Shown here piece by piece: positions 28,758-38,141 of a stretch of 64,000 nucleotides of DNA. Source of the DNA: Acholeplasmataceae bacterium (GTDB lineage: Bacteria > Bacillota_I > Bacilli_A > Acholeplasmatales > Acholeplasmataceae); assembly GCA_963675245.1 (NCBI GenBank), contig OY775910.1:1120001-1184000 (forward strand), read 5' to 3'. Each line of letters begins with the position of its first letter. The stretch's first letter is position 1. The notes under the pieces were generated by a model that had not been told where the DNA came from, made no database searches, and saw only the letters and a list, made by a program, of their open reading frames with translations. Both the position numbers and the translations under genes were made by a program.

Positions 28758-29717
28758 ATGTATAATCCATTAGTTTCCATTATTATACCTGTATATAACG
28801 GTACCAATTATTTAAACGAAAGCATTAATTCCGCACTAGCTCAAACTTATGACAATATCGAGATTATTGTTGTAAATGATGGTTCTACCGACAACGGAGA
28901 AACTGAAAAATTAATCCTTTCTTATCAAGATAAAGTTAAGTATTTGAAGAAAGACAATGGTGGGGTTGCTTCAGCACTAAATTTGGGAATCCAAAATATG
29001 AAAGGGGACTGGTTTTCATGGTTAAGCCATGATGATTTATATTATCCAAGTAAGATCGAAGAACAAATAAAAATATTAAGGAGAAAATTAGATCTTAATC
29101 CTCAAATAGATTTAACAAAAGAAGTAGTTTACACAAACAGTGAAATAATCGATAAAAATGGTAAGTTATTATTCAAGTGGAAAAATAGAACTATTGATAA
29201 CCTGTCTAACATTGAAATTGTTATTGAAGCGTTGAGAGTGATCAAATTAAATGGATGTTCATTTTTATTAAACAAAAAATGTTTTGAGCAAATTGGAACT
29301 TTTAGAGAAGATATGAAATTACTAAATGATTTTGAATATTGGAATCGTTTGCTATATAACGAATATAAATTTAATTATGTTCCACAAATTTTAGTTCAAG
29401 GTAGAATGCACAGTGCTCAAGTTTCGGCGACTATTGGATATTCAAAGGATAACTGGGAACAAGACGAATTTTGGGGAAAAATTATTAGTTTCACATTTGA
29501 AGGCTCTGAACCTAAAAAAAGTAAATATTTGTATAAAATAGGTAAATATGCTTTAATAAATGGAAGAAATGATGCTGCACATATATCATTTAAGCATGCA
29601 AAAACTTTGTCTAAAAAATACAAATATCTTATTCCTATAACAAGTAGTTATATAAAGACTTATAGATGCTTTCGTGAAATAGCAAAAAAAATTTATATAA
29701 AAATTAAGTTTGGTTAG
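28758..29717 (+). CDS. GT2 glycosyltransferase
   Basis: SIIIPVYNG, VNDGSTD, NGGVASALN, WLSHDD. ATG at 28758 follows AGGAG. Confidence 0.9.
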   Translation: MYNPLVSIIIPVYNGTNYLNESINSALAQTYDNIEIIVVNDGSTDNGETEKLILSYQDKVKYLKKDNGGVASALNLGIQNMKGDWFSWLSHDDLYYPSKIEEQIKILRRKLDLNPQIDLTKEVVYTNSEIIDKNGKLLFKWKNRTIDNLSNIEIVIEALRVIKLNGCSFLLNKKCFEQIGTFREDMKLLNDFEYWNRLLYNEYKFNYVPQILVQGRMHSAQVSATIGYSKDNWEQDEFWGKIISFTFEGSEPKKSKYLYKIGKYALINGRNDAAHISFKHAKTLSKKYKYLIPITSSYIKTYRCFREIAKKIYIKIKFG

Positions 29718-29784
29718 AAAACTGTTCGACTTAGAATATATTATATTCTTGTTTTATTTGGAAAATTAAATGTACTTTTAGGAG

Positions 29785-30813
29785 ATGAAACTAATGTTTA
29801 AAAATAAAATACTATTGATAACTGGTGGAACTGGATCATTTGGAAATGCTGTTATGAGAAGATTTTTAGATTCAGAAGTAAAAGAGATTAGAATTTTTTC
29901 TAGAGACGAAAAGAAGCAAGATGATATGAGGAAACTATACAATAATGACAAATTAAAATTTTTCATTGGGGATGTACGTGATATTACTAGCATAAAAAAT
30001 GCCATGAGGAATGTTGATTTTGTTTTTCATGCTGCTGCTTTAAAACAAGTACCATCGTGTGAGTTTTTTCCTTTAGAAGCGGTGAAAACAAACATTATAG
30101 GAACTGATAATGTTCTTACTGCTGCAATTGAATTAAATGTTAAGAAAGTGATTTGTTTATCTACCGATAAAGCAGCATATCCAATTAATGCAATGGGAAT
30201 ATCGAAAGCAATGATGGAAAAAGTTTTTGTTGCAAAAGCAAAAACAGTTTTAGAGGGAGAAACCTTAATATGTGGCACACGATATGGAAATGTCATGGCT
30301 TCAAGAGGATCAGTTATTCCTTTATTTGTGAATCAAATTAAGTCGAAAAAATCATTGACAATTACCAATCCAAAAATGACTAGATTTTTAATGAGTTTAG
30401 AAGAGGCAGTAGATTTGGTAGTATTTGCTTTTCAATATGCAAAATCTGGTGATATTATGGTTCAAAAAGCTGATGCATGCACAATTGAAGATTTAGCTGA
30501 GGCAATCAAACAACTTTTTCAATCTGATGTTGGAACAAAAATTATTGGAACAAGACATGGCGAAAAATTATACGAAACATTACTTACAAAAGAAGAATTA
30601 TTAGTTGCAGAAGACAAAGGTAATTTTTTTCGTATCCCATCGGATAAGAGAACTCTAAATTATGAAAAGTATTTTGATAAGGGTAATGTTGAATTAGAAG
30701 AAAAATCTGACTATAATTCTCACAATACTAGATTGCTTTCTGTTAACGAAATCAAAGAAAAATTACTAAAACTAGAATACATACAAAATGAATTGAAGAA
30801 TTTTGGTCTATAA
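29785..30813 (+). CDS. fnlA: UDP-GlcNAc 4,6-dehydratase/5-epimerase (FnlA/CapE/WbjB)
   Basis: TGGTGSFG, SRDEKKQ, AALKQVPSCEF, STDKA, RYGNVMASRGSVIP, RHGEKLYE. Confidence 0.92.
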   Translation: MKLMFKNKILLITGGTGSFGNAVMRRFLDSEVKEIRIFSRDEKKQDDMRKLYNNDKLKFFIGDVRDITSIKNAMRNVDFVFHAAALKQVPSCEFFPLEAVKTNIIGTDNVLTAAIELNVKKVICLSTDKAAYPINAMGISKAMMEKVFVAKAKTVLEGETLICGTRYGNVMASRGSVIPLFVNQIKSKKSLTITNPKMTRFLMSLEEAVDLVVFAFQYAKSGDIMVQKADACTIEDLAEAIKQLFQSDVGTKIIGTRHGEKLYETLLTKEELLVAEDKGNFFRIPSDKRTLNYEKYFDKGNVELEEKSDYNSHNTRLLSVNEIKEKLLKLEYIQNELKNFGL

Positions 30814-30815
30814 AG

Positions 30816-31661
30816 ATGAACATACTATTGATAGACGGTAATGGAAAGACTGGTCATGTAACTAAAAAAATTATGGAGAATTCTGGAATAAATATTGATA
30901 ATTTTGATTTAAATTATGAGAATGATATTGGAACTATTCAGTTTGATGAAATAGTCAAGTATATTTTAAAAAACACTCCTGATTATGTTATTAATTTTTC
31001 TAGAGTAATTAATCAAGAGGCTGAAAGAAAAAAGTTATTGGCTATATCAGTTAACTCATTCTTTCCACATTTGTTAGAATATATCACAAAAAATATGGAT
31101 ACTAAAATTATACATATCAGTACTGATTGTGTTTTTTCAGGAAACAACGGGCCATATATTGAAACAGATACAAAAGATGGAAATAGTTTTTATGCTTTAA
31201 CAAAAAGTGTAGGTGAGTTGGAGAATGAAAAAGACCTAACGATTAGAGTATCAATTATTGGTCCTGATCCCAATCCACAAGGTACTAGACTATTTAATTG
31301 GTTTATGAATCAAAATAATGAAATATTTGGATACGGGAAAAATATGTGGAATGGTGTGACTTCTATTGAGCTGGCAAGAATATTAATTCAACTAATTGAA
31401 TATAATACAAAAGGGATAGTACATATTGCATCTAAACCAATTAGTAAACTAGGTTTATTAGAAAAATTTAATGAGTATTTTAGAAATAATTCGATTACCA
31501 TCACAAATAGCAATGAAGTTATAAGTAACAAAGTATTAATAGACACTAAATTAAGCAATAAAATTTTTGTAAAATCATACGATGATCAAATGAGTGAAAT
31601 GAAGAAGTGGATTGAAGAGAATAAGGATTTATATAAACATTACTCAAATAAAGGAGATTGA
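30816..31661 (+). CDS. RmlD-like sugar-nucleotide 4-reductase (QnlA/WbvR-like)
   Basis: HISTDCVFSG, YALTK, WNGVT; 281 aa with no CapF-type cupin tail. Confidence 0.75.
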   Translation: MNILLIDGNGKTGHVTKKIMENSGINIDNFDLNYENDIGTIQFDEIVKYILKNTPDYVINFSRVINQEAERKKLLAISVNSFFPHLLEYITKNMDTKIIHISTDCVFSGNNGPYIETDTKDGNSFYALTKSVGELENEKDLTIRVSIIGPDPNPQGTRLFNWFMNQNNEIFGYGKNMWNGVTSIELARILIQLIEYNTKGIVHIASKPISKLGLLEKFNEYFRNNSITITNSNEVISNKVLIDTKLSNKIFVKSYDDQMSEMKKWIEENKDLYKHYSNKGD

Positions 31662-31664
31662 AAA

Positions 31665-32789
31665 ATGGGAAAATTAAAACTTATGACGGTTGTTGGAACA
31701 AGACCAGAAATCATTAAACTGTCAGAAATAATTAAGAAAGCAGATTTATATTTCGATCATATATTGGTACATACAGGTCAAAATTATGACTATACTTTAA
31801 ATCAAATATTTTTTGAGGAATTAGGTATAAGAAGCCCAGATTATTTTTTAAATGTTGTCGGAGATAATCTTGGAGAAACTATTGGAAATGTTATTTCAAA
31901 ATCATATAATATTTTAACAGAGTTGAAACCAGATGCTATACTTGTTTTAGGAGATACAAATTCTTGTTTGAGTGTTATTTCAGCAAAAAGACTAAAAATA
32001 CCTGTATTTCATTTAGAGGCTGGGAATAGATCGTTTGATGAAAATTTACCTGAGGAAATAAACAGAAGGATAATTGATCATGTCAGTGATGTGAATTTAT
32101 GTTATTCAGAGCATGCTAGGAGATATTTGAATTTCGAAGGAACTCCCAAAGAAAGAACTTTTGTTGTTGGGTCTACCATGGCTGAAGTGTTAGATGCGAA
32201 TATAGATAAGATAAATAATAGTTCTATTCTCACTAAGTTAGGATTAGAAAAAAAGAAATACATTTTGTTGTCTGCTCACAGAGAAGAGAATATTGACATA
32301 GAAAGTAATTTTTTTGTTTTGATGAACGCAATAAATGCTATTGCCGAGAAGTATGATTATCCAGTAATTTATAGTGTTCATCCAAGAAGTAAAAAATATA
32401 TAGAGAAAAGAAATTTTGAATTCCATAAAAATGTAAAAAGTTTAGCACCATTTGGATTTCATGATTATAATAAACTTCAACAAAATGCATTTTGTGTTGT
32501 TTCTGATAGTGGAACTGTTTCTGAGGAGGCTAATTACTTTAAATATCCTGCTGTATCTATTAGAACAAGCACTGAAAGACCTGAGGGTATTGATAAAGGA
32601 ACTTTTATAATAGGAAATATTACATCTCAAGAAGTATTGCAGGCTATAGAACTTGCGATTGAAATGGATTCAAATAATGATTTGAGTGTTGACATACCAG
32701 ATTATATAGACAGAAATGTAAGTACAAAAGTAATAAAGATAATACAAAGTTATGTTGGGTTAGTGAATAAAACGGTTTGGAAAAAATAA
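31665..32789 (+). CDS. Non-hydrolysing UDP-HexNAc 2-epimerase (FnlC/QnlB/CapG)
   Basis: GTRPEIIK, HTGQNYD, LGDTNS, HLEAGNR, SDSGT, TERPE. Confidence 0.92.
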   Translation: MGKLKLMTVVGTRPEIIKLSEIIKKADLYFDHILVHTGQNYDYTLNQIFFEELGIRSPDYFLNVVGDNLGETIGNVISKSYNILTELKPDAILVLGDTNSCLSVISAKRLKIPVFHLEAGNRSFDENLPEEINRRIIDHVSDVNLCYSEHARRYLNFEGTPKERTFVVGSTMAEVLDANIDKINNSSILTKLGLEKKKYILLSAHREENIDIESNFFVLMNAINAIAEKYDYPVIYSVHPRSKKYIEKRNFEFHKNVKSLAPFGFHDYNKLQQNAFCVVSDSGTVSEEANYFKYPAVSIRTSTERPEGIDKGTFIIGNITSQEVLQAIELAIEMDSNNDLSVDIPDYIDRNVSTKVIKIIQSYVGLVNKTVWKK

Positions 32790-32893
32790 AAATAGTGTAA
32801 TCAATAAATTTATTTTGAAAAAATACCTAACAAAATTATTTAATTTAAAAATATGTATGTAATATAAGATGAATATATCACAAAGGAGAAGTT

Positions 32894-34201
32894 ATGAGTA
32901 AAACTAAGAAAAATATCTATGTTGCTATGAGTGCAGATATAATACATGATGGTCACATAAAAATAATTAATGAAGCACACAAATATGGTGAGGTTATTAT
33001 TGGTTTATTAGATGATGAGGTTATTTCTTCATATAAAAGATACCCGTTATTAGGCTTAGAGCAACGTAAAGTGATTTTCTCATCAATTAATGGTGTTAGT
33101 CAAATAGTTGTACAAAAATCATTGGATTATTCAGATATATTACGAGAGTTAAGACCGAATTATGTAATTCACGGTGATGATTGGAAAGAAGGTACTCAAA
33201 AACCGATTAGAGAAAAAGTGTTGGAAGTTTTAGATGAAATAGGTGGAGAACTTATTGAAGTCCCTTACACTAGAGGAGTTTCGATCACTGCTTTAGAAGA
33301 AGCATTAACTGCACTAGGTACAACACCTGATGTAAGAAGAGCTAAGTTAAGGAGATTAATTAATTCAAAGGAATACGTTACAGTGCTTGAGGCACATAAT
33401 GGTTTAACAGGCTTAATTGTCGAAAAAACACAAGTTGAAGTAAACGGCAAACCTAAGTCTTTTGATGCGATGTGGATTAGTAGTCTTTGTGATTCAACAG
33501 CAAAAGGTAAACCAGATATTGAATTAGTAGACTTAACATCAAGATTGAACACAATAAATGAAGTTATTGAAGTAACTACTAAACCAATCATTTTAGATGG
33601 AGATACGGGTGGTAAAGTCGAGCACTTTGTGTACACAGTTAGAACGTTGGAAAGACTAGGTGTATCAGCCGTTATTATCGAAGATAAGGTGGGATTAAAA
33701 AAGAATTCATTATTTGGAACAGATGTTGAACAAACGCAAGATACCATTGAAAATTTTCAACATAAAATAAGAGAAGGCAAAAAAGCGCAAGTAACTAGTG
33801 AATTTATGATTATTGCTAGAGTTGAGAGTTTGATTTTAAAACAAGGTTTAAAAAATGCTTTGAAACGGGCTCATGCATACGTTGAAGCTGGTGCTGATGG
33901 TATTATGATTCATTCTAAAGAGAAAGACCCAAAAGAAATTCTTGATTTTATTGATTCATTTAGAAAAGATAATAAAAATACACCAATCGTAGTTGTTCCA
34001 TCATCATACAATACCATTACTGAACAAGAATTAAGCAAGCATGGCGCTAATATCGTTATTTATGCTAACCATTTAATTAGATCTGCATTCCCAGCGATGA
34101 AAAAAACTGCCGAAACCATTTTACAAGCCGGAAGGGCAAAGGAAGTAGATGAAATGTGTTTGCCAATTAAGCAAATTATCACATTGATTCCAGAAAGGTA
34201 G
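32894..34201 (+). CDS. aepX: Phosphoenolpyruvate mutase with an N-terminal cytidylyltransferase domain
   Basis: PEP mutase signature EDKVGLKKNS (EDKxxxxxNS) plus DGDTG; N-terminal HDGH (HxGH) and HGDDW. Confidence 0.95.
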   Translation: MSKTKKNIYVAMSADIIHDGHIKIINEAHKYGEVIIGLLDDEVISSYKRYPLLGLEQRKVIFSSINGVSQIVVQKSLDYSDILRELRPNYVIHGDDWKEGTQKPIREKVLEVLDEIGGELIEVPYTRGVSITALEEALTALGTTPDVRRAKLRRLINSKEYVTVLEAHNGLTGLIVEKTQVEVNGKPKSFDAMWISSLCDSTAKGKPDIELVDLTSRLNTINEVIEVTTKPIILDGDTGGKVEHFVYTVRTLERLGVSAVIIEDKVGLKKNSLFGTDVEQTQDTIENFQHKIREGKKAQVTSEFMIIARVESLILKQGLKNALKRAHAYVEAGADGIMIHSKEKDPKEILDFIDSFRKDNKNTPIVVVPSSYNTITEQELSKHGANIVIYANHLIRSAFPAMKKTAETILQAGRAKEVDEMCLPIKQIITLIPER

Positions 34202-34207
34202 TACAAG

Positions 34208-35323
34208 ATGATAGATACCATTAAATTTTATGAATTTTTAAAATCTCAAGACGTAAACTTTTTCACTGGTGTACCAGATTCACTACTCAAACAAATTTGT
34301 TCATGCATTTCTGATAAAGAAAGCGATAATCACATTATCGCAGCTAATGAAGGAAATGCGGTTGGTTTAGCGACAGGTTATCATCTTGCGACTGGAAAAG
34401 TACCATTAGTATATTTACAAAACTCGGGTCTAGGTAACACTGTTAATCCTTTAATTTCACTTGCATCAGATACTGTATATTCTATTCCGATGTTGCTTAT
34501 GATTGGGTGGAGAGGTGAACCAGGAGTTAAAGATGAACCTCAGCATATTAATCAGGGTGCTGTGACAGAAGAATTATTAAAAACAATGGATGTCAATTAT
34601 GAAGTTTTATCTTTTGATTTAGAAGAAGCTATTGATCAAACTAAAAAACTTTTGGAATTGGCTACTATAAATAATAAACCAACAGCCATTCTAATCCGTA
34701 AAGACACTTTTAGTAATTATTCATTTAAAAATAATACTCAATATGAGAGCACAATAACAAGGGAAACGGTTTTAGAAGTAATTTTAAAAAACTCAAGTGA
34801 AAAAGCGTATATTTTTTCTACAACTGGTAAAACTTCTCGCGAAGTCTTTGAATTAAGAGAAAAACTTAAGCAATCACATAATAGAGATTTTCTTACTGTT
34901 GGTTCTATGGGACACACATCGAGTATTGCATTAGCATTTTCTAAATATAATTCAAGTAATGTAATATGTATTGATGGAGATGGTGCTTTACTCATGCACA
35001 TGGGATCACTTCCAATCAATTCTCAATATTCCAATACTAATTTTAAATATATTTTGATTAATAATTATGCACATGAGTCTGTTGGTGGTCAAAAAACAAT
35101 TGCCAATAAGATTGATTTTCTTAAATTATTTGACTCTGTTGGGTTTAAATATGTCAAAAGTGTATCTTCTTTAGAAGAACTTACAGATGTTCTGCAATCA
35201 AAAGAATTTAAAGATAATAATTTTGCTCTAGAAGTATTGGTTAAGTTGGGTTCTAGAAGTGACTTAGGCAGACCAACAATAAGTCCTCAGCAAGGTAAGA
35301 AAAATTTAATGGGGACTGTTTAG
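34208..35323 (+). CDS. aepY: Phosphonopyruvate decarboxylase
   Basis: GVPDSLL, ANEG, QNSGLGN, GWRGEPGVKDEPQH, GSMGH, DGDGALLMH (ThDP motif); directly after aepX. Confidence 0.95.
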   Translation: MIDTIKFYEFLKSQDVNFFTGVPDSLLKQICSCISDKESDNHIIAANEGNAVGLATGYHLATGKVPLVYLQNSGLGNTVNPLISLASDTVYSIPMLLMIGWRGEPGVKDEPQHINQGAVTEELLKTMDVNYEVLSFDLEEAIDQTKKLLELATINNKPTAILIRKDTFSNYSFKNNTQYESTITRETVLEVILKNSSEKAYIFSTTGKTSREVFELREKLKQSHNRDFLTVGSMGHTSSIALAFSKYNSSNVICIDGDGALLMHMGSLPINSQYSNTNFKYILINNYAHESVGGQKTIANKIDFLKLFDSVGFKYVKSVSSLEELTDVLQSKEFKDNNFALEVLVKLGSRSDLGRPTISPQQGKKNLMGTV

Positions 35324-35324
35324 T

Positions 35325-37061
35325 ATGGATGCTTTAATCTTTAATTCTGGATTTGGTTCAAGGATTGCAGATTTAATTAAAGACTCACACAAGTCATTAA
35401 TTAATATACATGGTGAATCAGTATTATCAAGACAATTACGAATTCTAGCATCGTTTGATATTGATAAAGTGATCATTACAACGGGACCAAATACAGATAA
35501 ACTTCATTTAGAGACAGCATTAAAAAACTATCCTTTTGAGATAGTTTTTGTGCATAACTCAGTCTTTAATACAACTAATTATATCTATTCAATGCACTTA
35601 GCTAATCAGCATTTAAAAAATGACACTTTAATTCTACATGGAGACTTAGTTTTTAATGAAGGTGTAATTGAAAAGCTGATAGGTCATACTGGCGATTGTG
35701 TATTACTTGATGAAGATGTTGAATCATACCTTAAGGATTTTAAAGCAATTACAGATAATGGCTTAGTGAAGGAGATATCTACTAAATTTGAAAACTATGA
35801 TTTTGGACTTCAACCTGTCTATAAACTTTCAAAAAATTCTGTTATAAAATGGAAAAACAAAGTTAGTGAATATGTAGAAAAAGATGATATAAAAGTTTAT
35901 GCTGAAAATGCTTTAAATGAATTATTAATCAATCAAATCAAATTAAAAGGTGTTAAAATTGATACTGACTTTTGCAAGGAAATTGATACACCGGAAGACT
36001 ACCATAATATATTAAATGAAATTAATGATTATGATTATAAACAGGAAATATTGATTGGTGCATTCGAAGAACATATAAAACGAAATGTCAGCCAATCTGA
36101 TAGGGTTATTTTAGTGACATTCAGTATTATTTCTAGACAAGTCTTTGATAAACTCTCATTCATCACAAATAAAGAAGTTATTATTTATGATGATGCGAAT
36201 CCAGAAAAAGAAGACATTGTCAAATTTATAAAATTAATTGATGATTTTAATCCTGATTATGTCATTTCTGTCGGTGGTGGTAGTGTCATCGATTTTTCAA
36301 AATGTCTAATAGATTTCAGTAAAACTCTTGCAAAACACATTGCAATACCAACTACATGCGGAACAGGAAGTGAATCAACAAGATTTGCTGTTTATTATGA
36401 AAATGGTATCAAACAATCATTAAATAAAAATAAAGTTTTGCCAGATGTTGCTGTCTTAGATTCATCATTGTTACAAAGTCTTCCACGAAGTGTTTTAATA
36501 AGTAGTGTTTTAGATGCTTTCGCTCAATCCATAGAGTCATATTGGGCTAAAAAATCAACTGAGACTTCTAAGAAATATAGTTTGGAAGCATTTAAGATTA
36601 TATATCCAATTTTAAAAAAAGGGTTATCTAATGATAAAGAGACATTAGAAAAATTAGAGTATGCTTCTAATTTAGCGGGCAGAGCAATTAATATCACGAC
36701 AACGACATCTGCACATGCTTTATCATATAATATTACTAAATTATTTGGAATCCCACATGGATACGCTGTTTGTATGACATTGCCATTTATTTGGGAAGTT
36801 CATCAATCAAAAATTGAAATTTTTGATAAAATGATGGAAGAAATAGTAGATGCTTCAGAGGTACAAAATAATAGTGATTTAATTATCGAAATCTTCAACA
36901 TTCTAAATACTTATAAGGTTTGGAGAGGTGTTGAATACAATGATCAAGATTTAGACTTTCTTGTGAATAATGTTAATTTAGAGCGTCTTGGTAATAATCC
37001 ATACAAATTTAATAACTTTGAGATAAAAGAGATTTATAAAAAAGCTTTGAATATAAAATAA
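35325..37061 (+). CDS. Fusion of a PntC/LicC-like nucleotidyltransferase and an iron-dependent alcohol dehydrogenase (phosphonoacetaldehyde reductase)
   Basis: N-terminal NSGFGSR..HKSL, NYIYS, LHGDL, EIDTPED. C-terminal GGGSVID, PTTCGTGSE, DAFAQSIESYW, HALSY, PHGYAV. Confidence 0.88.
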   Translation: MDALIFNSGFGSRIADLIKDSHKSLINIHGESVLSRQLRILASFDIDKVIITTGPNTDKLHLETALKNYPFEIVFVHNSVFNTTNYIYSMHLANQHLKNDTLILHGDLVFNEGVIEKLIGHTGDCVLLDEDVESYLKDFKAITDNGLVKEISTKFENYDFGLQPVYKLSKNSVIKWKNKVSEYVEKDDIKVYAENALNELLINQIKLKGVKIDTDFCKEIDTPEDYHNILNEINDYDYKQEILIGAFEEHIKRNVSQSDRVILVTFSIISRQVFDKLSFITNKEVIIYDDANPEKEDIVKFIKLIDDFNPDYVISVGGGSVIDFSKCLIDFSKTLAKHIAIPTTCGTGSESTRFAVYYENGIKQSLNKNKVLPDVAVLDSSLLQSLPRSVLISSVLDAFAQSIESYWAKKSTETSKKYSLEAFKIIYPILKKGLSNDKETLEKLEYASNLAGRAINITTTTSAHALSYNITKLFGIPHGYAVCMTLPFIWEVHQSKIEIFDKMMEEIVDASEVQNNSDLIIEIFNILNTYKVWRGVEYNDQDLDFLVNNVNLERLGNNPYKFNNFEIKEIYKKALNIK

Positions 37062-37140
37062 AAAACTTACGGTAACAAGCCTCTTCATATTTGTGATAAA
37101 ATATTAATACAATCAACCCAATTATTAGGAGGAGTTTCCT

Positions 37141-38013
37141 ATGTCAAACTATGTATTAGCTACTGATTCATGCTGTGACCTACCTTATGAATTAGTCAAA
37201 GAACTTAATCTTGAAGTCATTCCACTATCTGTAGAGATAAAAGGAAAAGTTTATCATAACTATCCAGATGAAAGATATATTAAAACAAAAGATTTTTATG
37301 AAATGATGAGAGAAAAAGAAGTTGCTACAACCTCACTCATTAATGTTGGTGAGTTCTTAGTTTTCTTTGAGCCATTCTTAAAAAAAGGAAAAGATATTTT
37401 ATATGTTGGTTTCTCATCAGCGCTATCTGGTACCGTTCAAAGTGCGCGTATCGCTGCTGAAGAGTTAAAGCTAACCTATCCTGATCGAAAGATTATGGTT
37501 GTAGATTCTCTATCTGCTTCGATGGGACAAGGTCTTCTTGTGTGGTATGTCGCGAAACGTGTGAAAGCCGGTAAACCGATTGAAGAAGTAGAAGCGTGGG
37601 TTGAAAACAACCGTCTAGAACTATGCCATCTATTTACAGTTGATGACCTAGGGACATTAAGACGTGGTGGACGTCTATCTGGTACAGCTGCTTTGTTAGG
37701 TTCTCTACTCAAGGTAAAACCAGTACTACACGTATCAGATGAAGGTAAACTCATTCCTGTTAAAAAGGCACGTGGTCGTAAGACCTCACTTCAAGTGATC
37801 GTTGATCTCATGAAGGAAAAGATAAAAGATCCTGAATCTCAAACCGTCTTTATATCTCACGGTGATGATTTAGAAGATGCGAATTATATTAAAGGCTTAA
37901 TTAGTGAGCAACTTGGCGTGAAAGAATTCGTAATTGGCCAAATTGGACCAGTCATTGGTGCACATTCAGGACCAGGAACAATCGCCGTATTCTTCTTAGG
38001 AAATCCAAGATAA
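37141..38013 (+). CDS. DegV/FakB fatty-acid-binding protein
   Basis: TDSCCDL, SSALSGT, DSLSASMGQG, LRRGGR, IGAHSGPG. Confidence 0.95.
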   Translation: MSNYVLATDSCCDLPYELVKELNLEVIPLSVEIKGKVYHNYPDERYIKTKDFYEMMREKEVATTSLINVGEFLVFFEPFLKKGKDILYVGFSSALSGTVQSARIAAEELKLTYPDRKIMVVDSLSASMGQGLLVWYVAKRVKAGKPIEEVEAWVENNRLELCHLFTVDDLGTLRRGGRLSGTAALLGSLLKVKPVLHVSDEGKLIPVKKARGRKTSLQVIVDLMKEKIKDPESQTVFISHGDDLEDANYIKGLISEQLGVKEFVIGQIGPVIGAHSGPGTIAVFFLGNPR

Positions 38014-38021
38014 CAAGTTAG

Positions 38022-38067
38022 AGCCACACACCTAGCAGGCCCCCCTAGCTATTTGTGTGGTTTTTTT
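38022..38067 (+). terminator. Intrinsic terminator after degV
   Basis: AGCCACACA...TGTGTGGTT followed by a T-run. Confidence 0.7.
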
Positions 38068-38141
38068 ATTTATTGATGCCAATTATTCTTGTTGGTGGTA
38101 AAATAATAATAGACAAACAATACACAATTGGGATGGAAAAT

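Noticed and set aside
11372..37140. Integron or attC cassette array driven by the recombinases
   Set aside because: No IntI-specific insertion is evident in the proteins, and the intergenic hairpins (e.g. near 20995-21027 and 29733-29749) lack consistent RYYYAAC/GTTRRRY ends and are not a repeated family.
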